NCBI GenBank assembly: GCA_964554105.1
Contig: CAZKNF010000006.1
Span: 20,144 to 84,143 of the forward strand
From: an uncultured Rhodothermales bacterium
Lineage (GTDB): Bacteria > Bacteroidota > Rhodothermia > Rhodothermales > VXPQ01
Direction: 5' to 3'
DNA: 64,000 nt
Positions 9,658-19,000 of the stretch are shown here, one piece after another. Positions within the stretch are counted from its first letter, which is position 1; the number at the start of each line of letters is the position of its first letter. Below the pieces are notes generated by a model. The model saw only the letters and a program-made list of their open reading frames with translations. It was not told where the DNA came from and made no database searches. A program made the translations under genes and the position numbers.

Positions 9658-9966
9658 TTAAACAGCAAGTACGCTGTTCTGACTGTAGAAGGGGTTTGCT
9701 ACGTGCCCGTCCGCCTGCTCCTCGTTGCGCCAGTCCTGCCCGTCGACAAAATAGCGAAATTCGTACGTGTTGCCGGGCTTCAGCGATATCGCCTTCTTCC
9801 AAACACCCGCTTTGGCGTCGAATTTCATCGCGTCCTTGTCTGCATCCCAATCATTGAAATCGCCGACGACGGTGACGCTATCACTCGCGACGTCTGCCGG
9901 AAGCTCGAAGATCACGCGAACGGACCGGCCTTTGGGACTCACCTTTTTCTCAATCACACCAATCAC
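9658..9966 (-). CDS. stand-alone CBM48 / AMPK-type glycogen-binding (isoamylase early-set) domain protein
   Basis: VRVIFELPADVASDSVTVVGDFNDWDADKDAMKF, WKKAISLKPGNTYEFRYFVDG and WRNEEQAD fit this domain. The track start is the GTG at 9966. A second in-frame GTG at 9957 sits at better spacing from an AAGGAGG site. Confidence 0.65.
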   Translation of the reverse strand: MIGVIEKKVSPKGRSVRVIFELPADVASDSVTVVGDFNDWDADKDAMKFDAKAGVWKKAISLKPGNTYEFRYFVDGQDWRNEEQADGHVANPFYSQNSVLAV

Positions 9967-10138
9967 CTCCTTACTTCAGAATGAGTTGCAATCACTATTC
10001 TCGCTAATCTGGAACGTCGTCCATTTCACGATGACGCGCGAAGGTCAAAGTATACGAACTGCCTTCTCACACGGAATATAAAGAAGCGTGAAATTTCTGG
10101 AAGCGGTTCGAAGACCAAGAGGGTCAGAAGCACGGCCT

Positions 10139-11455
10139 TTAATTCGCAATGGTTTGTCTCACTGCTATGAGCCGATCCGTGCTGAGACGTACGTCATCGT
10201 AGTACACCAGAGCCACGTACTGATTTTCGGAACGAGGCATGTTTCCGCGGAGCGATCGCACCAATCGTCGATCGCGGGTGATATATCGGTACTCGTAGTG
10301 CCCCTGCTTGATGAGCATGTCAACCTGATACTGTCCTTCCTCCGGAACCCACGTAAGACGGTTTGCAGGGTCGTAGCGCCAATCATTGAAGCTTCCCGTC
10401 AAAATGACATCGCCACCCAGAGGCTCTTCATCCGGTGGTACGTAAGAAAAACGAGCTATGACGTACTCGCCACGCGTATCGGCTTCTGCCATCTGCAGCG
10501 CACCAGATACGACGGTTTGTCCCGTGAGCAGCCGGCTAAATCCCACGCCACCGAATCGAGCATAATCGGGTTCCAGAAAGATGCGGTACGGGCTCTCGAT
10601 GAAATCACCTGACGCAATGCTTGGCGACGATCGCAAGTTCGCAAGATCGAGAAAATAAGGTGCGCCTTCGGGTTCGAAGGAATACTCGGGCTCCAGATGA
10701 AACTGCAATTCGGGCTGATTCATCACCGAAGGACGTCCGGAACAACGCGCCATGTCGAAGCGGCCATTCCGGACAAAGCACACGTTGTAATCGAAGACGT
10801 TGCCCTGAATATCGGAGGGCGGCCTCAGGAAGGCTATGGGTTGGGTGGATGGATACCCGCCGGTGCCCACGATGACGTTATCGGTCATAAATTCGAGCCC
10901 GGCCGACTGCTCGGTGACAAAGAATGCCCGTTCAAACAAAACGGCCTCTTCATCACCTTGCTCCGTCACCCTCACGACGTAGTTCCCGCTGATGAGAAAC
11001 TCAATGTTTTCATTCGGGAATTCGTATTCATAATGAACGTACGGCACCTGCGTGCCAGACGATATGCTGTAGTCCGACACATTGTCGTGCTGGAACGAAC
11101 CGAGATACTCCCCGGGGGACAAATCACGCCGCCAGATCCGATCGGCGTGGTAGAAATAGGCGGAAAGTGGCCTACCCTCACCGGCCACAAGATCGAATTC
11201 CAGGGTCAATCCTCTGGCACCGTCGAGCTCGACGAACGGCAGCTCTCCCTCCTGTCCGGTAGGATACAGCTGCACGGTGCGAACGCCCTCTGCGGCTGCA
11301 GCCAGATCCAGCTCTACATAATCCGGCTGTTCGACGCGTGTCGGTCCGCGCGTCTCCTCATCGGACTGATCGGTGGCGGCACAGCCTGCGGCGCCCGCGA
11401 GAAGAATGCAGGTGGCAATAAGGTAAGCTGCTCGGCGGAGTCCTCGTCTCATCAT
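10139..11455 (-). CDS. type IX secretion system plug-like lipoprotein (DUF5103 family)
   Basis: Lipoprotein signal MMRRGLRRAAYLIATCILLAGAAGC. The region VRTVQLYPTGQEGELPFVEL, LTLEFDLV, YFYHADRIWRRDLSPGEYLGSF, SGTQVPYVHYEYEFPNENIEFLISGNYVVRV fits my memory of the DUF5103/T9SS-plug first domain. The C-terminus carries a CBM48-like GSFNDWRYD. The ATG at 11455 starts 22 nt after the upstream stop; the track start at 11692 would overlap that gene. Confidence 0.65.
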   Translation of the reverse strand: MMRRGLRRAAYLIATCILLAGAAGCAATDQSDEETRGPTRVEQPDYVELDLAAAAEGVRTVQLYPTGQEGELPFVELDGARGLTLEFDLVAGEGRPLSAYFYHADRIWRRDLSPGEYLGSFQHDNVSDYSISSGTQVPYVHYEYEFPNENIEFLISGNYVVRVTEQGDEEAVLFERAFFVTEQSAGLEFMTDNVIVGTGGYPSTQPIAFLRPPSDIQGNVFDYNVCFVRNGRFDMARCSGRPSVMNQPELQFHLEPEYSFEPEGAPYFLDLANLRSSPSIASGDFIESPYRIFLEPDYARFGGVGFSRLLTGQTVVSGALQMAEADTRGEYVIARFSYVPPDEEPLGGDVILTGSFNDWRYDPANRLTWVPEEGQYQVDMLIKQGHYEYRYITRDRRLVRSLRGNMPRSENQYVALVYYDDVRLSTDRLIAVRQTIAN

Positions 11456-11477
11456 GGCACCACATGCTCCTGCTAAC

Positions 11478-13736
11478 TTACACGTTTGCGGAACGCCTAC
11501 TTGTGGAAGAATCGCGCGACACAATCCACAACATTTTTTCCCGAAAGTCATCGATGGCGGATGCCTCATTGAAAGCGCCTTTTCGGCGATACAGATCCGC
11601 CGCTTCGGCCGCAAATTCTGCAGCCGCTCCAGGCTCCCCGGAACGATACGTGAACCTGGCAAGCCACACAAGCCTGCGAGTACGAAGTGCACGCACCTGA
11701 AGCCACGCGTGGCCGAACGCTTCTGAACCGTACATCCCCGGTTCTAGCGTCACCGCAGTAGTACGCAGCACGCGGGCAGCCTGTTCGTATCGATGTTGTC
11801 GCGCGTAGGCGAGTGCGCGCGCCAACGAAACGGCAGGGCCGTCTCCCACGTCCGCATCCGGCGAGGCGTAGACGAGCATGCGAACCACACCCGGTCTCGC
11901 GGCGGTGAGCATCCGGAGAGCAAGGCGGCTCCTAGCTTCGTGCGCAAAGGAGGGCAATCGATGAAGCGCGCTCTCGTATGCCTTTAGAGCCGCCACAGAA
12001 TCACCGCTAAGCGCAAGCGCATCGCCGGCACGTTCAAAGAGCGAAGCTGTCATGGAATCCGGTGCAAGCCGCCCGATGCGCCCGAGAACCTCGGCTTCCA
12101 GGTTCTGAGAGAGCGCAAGGCGTGCCCAGAGATCGAGGGATCCACTATGCCGCGGCTCCAGCTCTACTGCCCGTCTCGCGTGACGGAAGGCCTTCGCCGA
12201 ATCTTCCTTTACCATCGCCGTCACCGCCTCTCCGTACTCCTTTCGGTACGGCGGCACGTAATGGGGACATACCTTTTCGAAGAGTGATGGCACTGCGAAT
12301 CGGGCGGATACGAGCCGACCGGACGAGGCATCCGTTACCCGAAGAGACATCAACATCGCCGTCCATTCTTCGGCCAACTGGTTGACGGATTTGCCGTACC
12401 CTCTCTCAAAATCTGCCCACGCGTACGCGTCCTTAAGCGGACCCGGACCGTACGCCTCCAGGAGATATGCCACGAACGACCCCATGGTGGTGTATGAAAC
12501 GGCGCCTCGACCGGTCCAGAATCCCCAAGGGGAAACGTGCGCGGCAACTCCCAGCACAAGATCTTCGGAAGGCGTTCCCAGCAGGGCGGCGGAGACCTGC
12601 TCGTGTGGATGTGGAAGTCCGTCCGGCGGCTCGAGCGACACGGCGAGACCCTCGAGCAGTCCCACGGATACCGAAGCACGAACGACCGGGAGTCCGAATT
12701 CACGTGAGAAGACGTGGGCGAGCTCATGCGTAAGTACGTGATCAATCCGCGAAGCCAGAATGTGCATCTGAGGATGGGCGAGCCACACAGGCGCCACGTT
12801 CGCGAGGCGTGCTCCCGTAAGTTCGGCCTTCACATCCGGATCGGGATAGACAAAGCTCTGAATACGACCCTCGATCTCTACATCCAGTTCTTCGGACAAG
12901 ACGTGATACCGATATTCGTGATCCTCTGCTATCAGCTGCGCCCGGTCTAACGACAGCTGCTCGGGGGAAAAAAAGATCTCGAAATGTTCGGTAGCCACAC
13001 GGCCGCTGAGTTCGGCTCGTATCTCATCTATCGTCGTATTGATGCCGAGCGGCCCAGCGAACACATAGCTCAGGAATATCAATATCGCCGCGACGCCGAT
13101 TCCAGCGAGGTTCCACCTGCGAGGGCTGCGGCCGATATTGGCGCGATGACTTCTGTGGATGAGACCCCCGACGAGCACGAAGAGCGTCGACCAGATCAGG
13201 GTGAGTCCGCGAAATGCGAACAATCCGCCCCGAATCGCCAGCTCCTCATCATATACCGGACCCAGCACACCACCAAATACATGGTTATACGTGAAGAATT
13301 GAGGGTGAAAACCTATATCGTAAATTGGCCCGACTATGCACACCAGCACCCCAACGCCAATCAGAATGCCCCTTTTTCGTTTCAGGTTCAACGCGTCGAG
13401 CAGGTAGGCTAGGCCTACGGCGAAGGTGACGGTCACCATTGGAAAAAGGAGGAAGAACAGGAGCCCCTGAGCGTACCCGCAATTCGGCCGCCAGAGCAGC
13501 GTGATCGTTAAAAGAAGACCTGGTACGAGCAGCGCCAGCTCCTGCATCAGCAGTACGGAGCGAAGCCTTCCATTGCGACCGAATAAAGTAAGACTGGAAA
13601 GTCCGGCTATGAAATACGCCGCGAAGGCGAGAACTGCCGACGATTCGACGTGCAGCAGGCCGAGAAGCGGAATCGGCCAAAGCAGCACAGTCAGCACTGC
13701 GTAGACGACAGGCACGGGCCGAAATCCGGCCGGCAA
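11478..13736 (-). CDS. polytopic membrane protein with a gluzincin-like HExxH domain (Peptidase_MA-like) and C-terminal TPR-like helical repeats
   Basis: The N-terminal 230 aa or so has about 7 hydrophobic segments. HELAH is encoded at 12714-12728, followed by LLEGLAVSLE (candidate third ligand Glu). The C-terminal 250 aa or so is Ala/Leu/Arg-rich helical repeats (SAKAFRHARRAVELEP, ALKAYESALHRLP). Confidence 0.5.
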   Translation of the reverse strand: MPAGFRPVPVVYAVLTVLLWPIPLLGLLHVESSAVLAFAAYFIAGLSSLTLFGRNGRLRSVLLMQELALLVPGLLLTITLLWRPNCGYAQGLLFFLLFPMVTVTFAVGLAYLLDALNLKRKRGILIGVGVLVCIVGPIYDIGFHPQFFTYNHVFGGVLGPVYDEELAIRGGLFAFRGLTLIWSTLFVLVGGLIHRSHRANIGRSPRRWNLAGIGVAAILIFLSYVFAGPLGINTTIDEIRAELSGRVATEHFEIFFSPEQLSLDRAQLIAEDHEYRYHVLSEELDVEIEGRIQSFVYPDPDVKAELTGARLANVAPVWLAHPQMHILASRIDHVLTHELAHVFSREFGLPVVRASVSVGLLEGLAVSLEPPDGLPHPHEQVSAALLGTPSEDLVLGVAAHVSPWGFWTGRGAVSYTTMGSFVAYLLEAYGPGPLKDAYAWADFERGYGKSVNQLAEEWTAMLMSLRVTDASSGRLVSARFAVPSLFEKVCPHYVPPYRKEYGEAVTAMVKEDSAKAFRHARRAVELEPRHSGSLDLWARLALSQNLEAEVLGRIGRLAPDSMTASLFERAGDALALSGDSVAALKAYESALHRLPSFAHEARSRLALRMLTAARPGVVRMLVYASPDADVGDGPAVSLARALAYARQHRYEQAARVLRTTAVTLEPGMYGSEAFGHAWLQVRALRTRRLVWLARFTYRSGEPGAAAEFAAEAADLYRRKGAFNEASAIDDFREKMLWIVSRDSSTSRRSANV

Positions 13737-13769
13737 GGTCGAGAGAAGCCGCGTTTTCAGAACGACGTT

Positions 13770-14738
13770 CTAGATAATCGCGAAAGAGAATCCGATCGAA
13801 AGCGCTTCCTGAAGCTGAACCCTATCGCTGAGATCCCGATCGAACAACGCCACAAACTTGAAATCCGCACTCAGCCATTTGTTTACATTCATAACGACGA
13901 CGTTCTCCCAGAGCATATCGGGCAATTCCTCCTGATTGAATGCTGCAAAGAGGCCGAGCGACGATTTCAGCAGCACATTCTCGAATACGTCTTTATCAAC
14001 CTCAGTGAACGACTCAACGCCGACCTGAAATCGGACGGGTCCAGCCGGGTCGACCCCATAGAGCATGCGAAGCCGCTCGATCAGCACGACCGTTTCCTTT
14101 ACTGCAACTCCGATCCGCTGACTGAAGCCCCAATCCACTCCGTAGGTTAACCCCAGCGACTGCGTAAACGTTGCCGGCGAGAACAGGTCCGAAACCTTTA
14201 CCGGCAGGCGCTGATCGTCACCAAAGGGATTGGACGCGTAGTTGAATCCGGGTGCGAACTGCGTACGGATGCCGCTTGTGAGGGTAGGACTAAATTTTCG
14301 GAAGAATCCTTCGTCCCGGTGCTCGATGGTCGCCAGCAACCGAATCACGTCTTCAGCTTTGCGGAGGCGAATGGTATCCTGCCTGACGACTCCAACAGCC
14401 AGGCGCCCTTCGAAGGTTTGCTTCCAGTTGCTCGACATACGCACTGTCGTGCCCGTGATACGCGCAGACGAGGCTAGCGTACTGACGCCGCCCTCCGTCC
14501 AATTGTGATAGCTCGCCTGGGATGCCGTAAGCGTTGCGCCCAAATCCGTCTCCCATTCCGGGCTCACTTCCAAAGGCACCCAGACAGGATGCTCCAGACT
14601 ATCCGGTACCTGGGCAGTCGATGGATTGGAAACGACCATCAATGCTATAAGCGCGACGATGACTCGGTACCATTGGGAGCACGGAAAGCCCCGACCAGAC
14701 ACCGTACCAGGCATTATCAACGCTCTTTCTAGAATCAT
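13770..14738 (-). CDS. DUF3078-like secreted protein, possibly an outer-membrane beta-barrel
   Basis: Signal-like WYRVIVALIALMVVSNPSTAQ and LTASQASYHNWTEGGVSTLAS, which resembles the NW-x-x-GG signature I associate with DUF3078, with alternating beta-strand pattern to the C-terminus. The start is shortened from 14846 because the longer ORF would overlap the histone-like gene and include its terminator hairpin. 14714 is also possible. Confidence 0.5.
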   Translation of the reverse strand: MILERALIMPGTVSGRGFPCSQWYRVIVALIALMVVSNPSTAQVPDSLEHPVWVPLEVSPEWETDLGATLTASQASYHNWTEGGVSTLASSARITGTTVRMSSNWKQTFEGRLAVGVVRQDTIRLRKAEDVIRLLATIEHRDEGFFRKFSPTLTSGIRTQFAPGFNYASNPFGDDQRLPVKVSDLFSPATFTQSLGLTYGVDWGFSQRIGVAVKETVVLIERLRMLYGVDPAGPVRFQVGVESFTEVDKDVFENVLLKSSLGLFAAFNQEELPDMLWENVVVMNVNKWLSADFKFVALFDRDLSDRVQLQEALSIGFSFAII

Positions 14739-14757
14739 ACGTAAAGCATCCACATAA

Positions 14758-14789
14758 GGAAGGCTATGCCGCAACCGGCATAGCCTTCC
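14758..14789 (-). terminator. intrinsic terminator-like hairpin downstream of the histone-like gene
   Basis: Perfect 14-bp stem GGAAGGCTATGCCG / CGGCATAGCCTTCC with a 4-nt loop, 29 nt after the stop. The trailing sequence on the minus strand, TTATGTGGATGCTTT, is only moderately T-rich. Confidence 0.6.
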
Positions 14790-14817
14790 GTAGAATAACA
14801 ATGTTCGGCGAAACGCT

Positions 14818-14991
14818 TTAGCCGTTCTTCTTATCCTGAACTTCAACGCGGATATCCTGTGCCATTCGCTTCAGTTCCTGCATCGCTTTTCGAACCCGTG
14901 TACCGGCAGCCTTGTTACTTTTCTCATAAAACTTCTCAAAGTCTTCTTCCGTCGACTCCACAAAGTCTTTGAGTTCAGTGTATCGGCTCAT
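14818..14991 (-). CDS. histone H1/Hc1-like small basic DNA-binding protein (57 aa; below the ORF-track cutoff)
   Basis: Manual translation gives MSRYTELKDFVESTEEDFEKFYEKSNKAAGTRVRKAMQELKRMAQDIRVEVQDKKNG. The AAGTR-x-RK-x-x-QELK core matches bacterial histone H1-like proteins common in Bacteroidota. A strong AAGGAGG lies 7-8 nt upstream of the ATG and a terminator hairpin lies downstream. Confidence 0.65.
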   Translation of the reverse strand: MSRYTELKDFVESTEEDFEKFYEKSNKAAGTRVRKAMQELKRMAQDIRVEVQDKKNG

Positions 14992-15082
14992 GAGAATACC
15001 TCCTTACCTTGGCAGATGAGAGATGTAGGAAAACGGCTGTGTGCATTAGAGAAAAAGAACATAAAACTCTCGCGGGCAGGTG

Positions 15083-15805
15083 TCAAGTTGAAGAATGCAA
15101 TAGCGTACCGGTTGGCCCACCCTCGTCGGCGACGCGCGTTACGTTGGTAAGCAGCACGGGTATTTTCAGTGAAGCGAGATACAGCAGACCCGGACGATCG
15201 TCTACCAGGCCCTCGTCCAGCTCATCGATTCGAATGTCGTGTGCCGGCGTTCCTCCTCGCATCACACCGGGCAATTTCGTCTTTGAAAAAGCCACCACCG
15301 TCGCCGAGCTAGACATCCCCTTCACGAGCGCGGCCACCGATTGACAGAGTGCCACCTCACCCGTCCGTCCGGTGCCTGCTTCCGATGCATAGGAGGCCAC
15401 GACAGGGACCACGCCGCTGTCAACCAGCGCCTCCAGCCAGTCTGCGCGCACGTCCGGCAAACTTGCCCCGCTGGCCACAAGCAACCCCCGCTCACTTCCA
15501 ATAACGCCGACCGACGAAACGACGGCATCCGTGAGAACACCAGTAATTTTGCGATTCACGTGCCGAATGGCGCGTTCTACGAGCGCGTGTTCCTCCGCCG
15601 TTGCCACCGGCAAAACACCATCCTTCCTCTCTCGGAAGAAACCGTGGCCTTCCAATGCCTGGACCCCAAACACACCCGAGCCGTGTACGATCAGAAACTT
15701 CGGGCGCTCCGTCCTCGCGAGCGACTGTGACAGACTCCGCACGAAAATCGCGTCGCCGGCATGATAGTCATCCAAATACAGTAGGTATATCCGATCGTTT
15801 GCCAT
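15083..15805 (-). CDS. amino-acid-kinase-fold protein (acetylglutamate-kinase-like, catalytic motifs degenerate)
   Basis: PKFLIVHGSG (compare VIVHGGG), VPVVASYA (compare LPVVSSIG) and overall length fit the AAK fold. The N-terminal K-x-GG is replaced by LLYLDD, and the N-x-D region by EVALCQS. ATG at 15805; the track start at 15823 is TTG. Confidence 0.55.
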   Translation of the reverse strand: MANDRIYLLYLDDYHAGDAIFVRSLSQSLARTERPKFLIVHGSGVFGVQALEGHGFFRERKDGVLPVATAEEHALVERAIRHVNRKITGVLTDAVVSSVGVIGSERGLLVASGASLPDVRADWLEALVDSGVVPVVASYASEAGTGRTGEVALCQSVAALVKGMSSSATVVAFSKTKLPGVMRGGTPAHDIRIDELDEGLVDDRPGLLYLASLKIPVLLTNVTRVADEGGPTGTLLHSST

Positions 15806-16056
15806 CGTCAAACCCGCTAACAACCAAAAAGCGTTGTGATGTTTAGAGGCGATACCACGGTACTATCATCCACCGGACTGGCGTGTAGTCGCCTACGACA
15901 TGCACCTGTCATACCAGCCAACGATCTTGGCTCAGACGCACGCAGGTTCAGGGCCGCGTTCATCGAGTCAATCCAACGGACAAAATATCCACATCCGTTG
16001 AACGACACCGGCCTGATGCTTTCATTCGAAACGAATTTCTATCAGTTACTCTGCGC

Positions 16057-19000
16057 ATGTGCGACTTTAGCCATCTCCACTGTCATACGCAATTCTCCCT
16101 ACTCGACGGTGCCGCGCGGATCGATGCGATGGTCGACAAGGCCGTCGAGTATGAAATGCCTGCCCTCGCCATAACGGACCACGGGAATCTGTATGGTGTC
16201 CCGGAGTTCTACACGACCGCCAAGAAAGCCGGCATTCAACCGATCGTCGGATGCGAGTTCTACGTCACGGCCTCGGGTATGCAGGACCGGTCCGACCGAA
16301 CCCGCTATCACCAGGTTCTCTATGCCAAGAATCAGGAGGGGTATCGTAATCTCATCAAACTCTCCTCCCTCTCCTTTACCGAAGGGCATTATTACAAGCC
16401 GCGGATCGACAAGGACACGCTTCGGAACTATAGCGGCGGCCTGATCGCAACGACCTGCTGTCTCCAGGGCGAGGTCCTCCAGGCTATCCTTGAAAAAGGC
16501 GAAGACGCAGCACGCAGCGTCTTCAAAACGTATCTCGACATTTTTCAGGACGACTATTACATCGAGATTCAGGATCACGGCATCGATGAGCAGCGCAGGT
16601 GCAACGCAGTACTGCTGCGGTGGGCGAAGGAGTATGACGTTCAGATTATCGCAACGAACGACGTGCATTACGTTCGGCAGGAAGATGCCGCCGCTCAGGA
16701 CGTGCTGCTGTGCCTTCAGACCGGCAAGGATTTGAAGGATCCGAACCGTATGCGTTTCGACAACGACCAGTTCTATCTGAAGTCCGCTGACGAGATGCGG
16801 TCGTCGCTCGCAGATCTCGGACCGATTCTCACAGATCGCGCACTGGATACAACGCGCGAAATCGTCGATAAATGCGACCTCGAACTTTCGATGGGCTCAC
16901 TGCTGATGCCCCACTATCCGATTCCGGATCAGTTCGGTAACGACATGGATGCTTACCTCAAGCATCTCGTCTTTGAGAAGGCAAACGAGCGGTATGCCGA
17001 CCTCAGCCAGGAGGTGGTCGATCGACTCAACCTCGAGCTGCGCATCATAAAAGAAATGGGTTACGCCGGTTACTTCTTGATCGTGCAGGATTTCACGTCG
17101 GCAGCCCGCCGGCTGGATGTGCGCGTCGGACCGGGACGGGGTTCCGCTGCCGGAAGTGCAGTTGCATACTGCCTCGGGATCACGAACATCGATCCGCTCG
17201 AGTACGATCTTCTATTCGAGCGATTTTTGAATCCCGAACGCATTTCAATGCCGGATATCGACATCGATTTCGATGATCGCGGTCGCTCCAAAGTTATTGA
17301 CTACGTGGTAGAAAAGTACGGAAGACAGAATGTCTGCCAGATCGTGACCTTCGGCACGATGGGCGCTCGGTCGGTTATCAGGGACGTTTCTCGCGTACTT
17401 GGGATCCCTCTGAGCGAGGCCGATCGCATTGCAAAGCTTATCCCGGACGGCGTGAAGGTAGACCTCGCCTCGGCGATGAAAGAGGTCGAGGAGTTTCGCA
17501 CACTCCGCGAGCACGAGGATCCACAAATCAGGAATCTCATGCACTACGCTCAGGTTCTGGAAGGATCCGCCCGCCATACCGGCGTTCATGCCGCCGGTGT
17601 GATCATTGCGCCCGGCGATGTGAGCGACTACGTGCCGGTTGCCGTGGCGCGAAGCAAGGGCGATGAAGTTGTAACGACGCAGTACGACGGAAACTGGGTC
17701 GAGTCCTTCGGACTCCTGAAAATGGATTTCCTCGGGCTTAAGACGTTGACCGTTCTGAATGACGCTCTGGCGCTGATCAAAAATCACTATGGCGATACGA
17801 TCGACATCGACGACATTCCGTTCGATGACGAGAAGACGTTCACGCTATTCCAGCGCGGCGAAACGGTAGCGATCTTCCAGTTCGAGTCCCCCGGGATGCG
17901 CGAGTGGCTGCGAAAACTCAAGCCGACGAGTCTCGATGACCTCATCGCAATGAATGCCCTCTATAGACCAGGGCCGATGAAGCTCATCCCGAACTATATC
18001 GATCGCAAGCACGGCATTGAAGATGTCGAGTACCCGCATGAGATGCTGAAACCGGTGCTCTCGCCGACGTATGGGATTCCCGTCTATCAGGAGCAGGTCA
18101 TGCAGATCGCACGCGTGATGGGCGGATATTCGCTCGGCGAGGCCGACATCCTGCGACGGGCCATGGGCAAGAAGAAGCAGTCCGAAATGGACAAGCAGCG
18201 GACCGTCTTTGTCGAGGGCGCGAGCCGGCGAGGCGTTCAAGAAGCGACGGCGAACGAGGTTTTCGATCTGATGGCCGAGTTTGCGGGCTATGGCTTCAAT
18301 AAAAGCCATAGTGCCGCCTACTCCGTGGTCGCATACCAGACTGCGTATTTGAAGGCCCGTTATCCGGCCGCCTTCATGGCAGCAGCCATGACGAATGAGA
18401 TGGGCGACACGAGCAGACTGGCCATCGTGCTCGAAGAAGCGCGACAGATGGGTCTGGATGTCCTTCCCCCTTCGATCAACAGAAGCGAAGCCCACTTCAC
18501 GGTAGAAGGCGAGAAAATCCGATTCGGACTCGGGGCGGTCAAAGGCGTTGGCGTAAATGCGATCGATGCAATCGTCGCCGTCAGAAAGAAGGTCGAGTCG
18601 TTCGAAACCATTTTCGATCTTACGCGCGAATTGGACCTCCGCGCCGTGAACAAGAAAACACTCGAGAGCCTCGCCCGGGCGGGTGCATTGGATGAACTGG
18701 AAGGCCACCGCGCCCAGCTCGTCGATTCAGTCGATCTGGCGGTCCAGTACGCTCAGAAAGTGCAGGCCGATCGAGCCGCCGGACAGAATTCACTTTTCGG
18801 CGGAGGGAGTGCGGGAACGATTATGGCGCCTACGTTGCCGCCCTGCGAGAATTGGCCGCGGTCTCGGATACTCAAGGAAGAACGCAATCTAATGGGTCTC
18901 TATATGTCCGGGCATCCATTGGAAGAATACGCGGCCGAAGCGCGCACCTTCTCCACGGCCGAACTCGGACAGGCCGTCGACGGCGAGTTCGAAACGTCCG

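Noticed and set aside
15806-16056. Large intergenic regions checked for tRNA, SRP RNA, 6S RNA or riboswitch-like features: 15806-16056, 5820-6062, 34875-35058 and 60346-60551
   Set aside because: I found no 7-bp acceptor stem with a GTTCRA T-loop arrangement and no recognisable conserved RNA motif, only short 5-6-bp hairpins. I cannot exclude unknown sRNAs without covariance-model scans.
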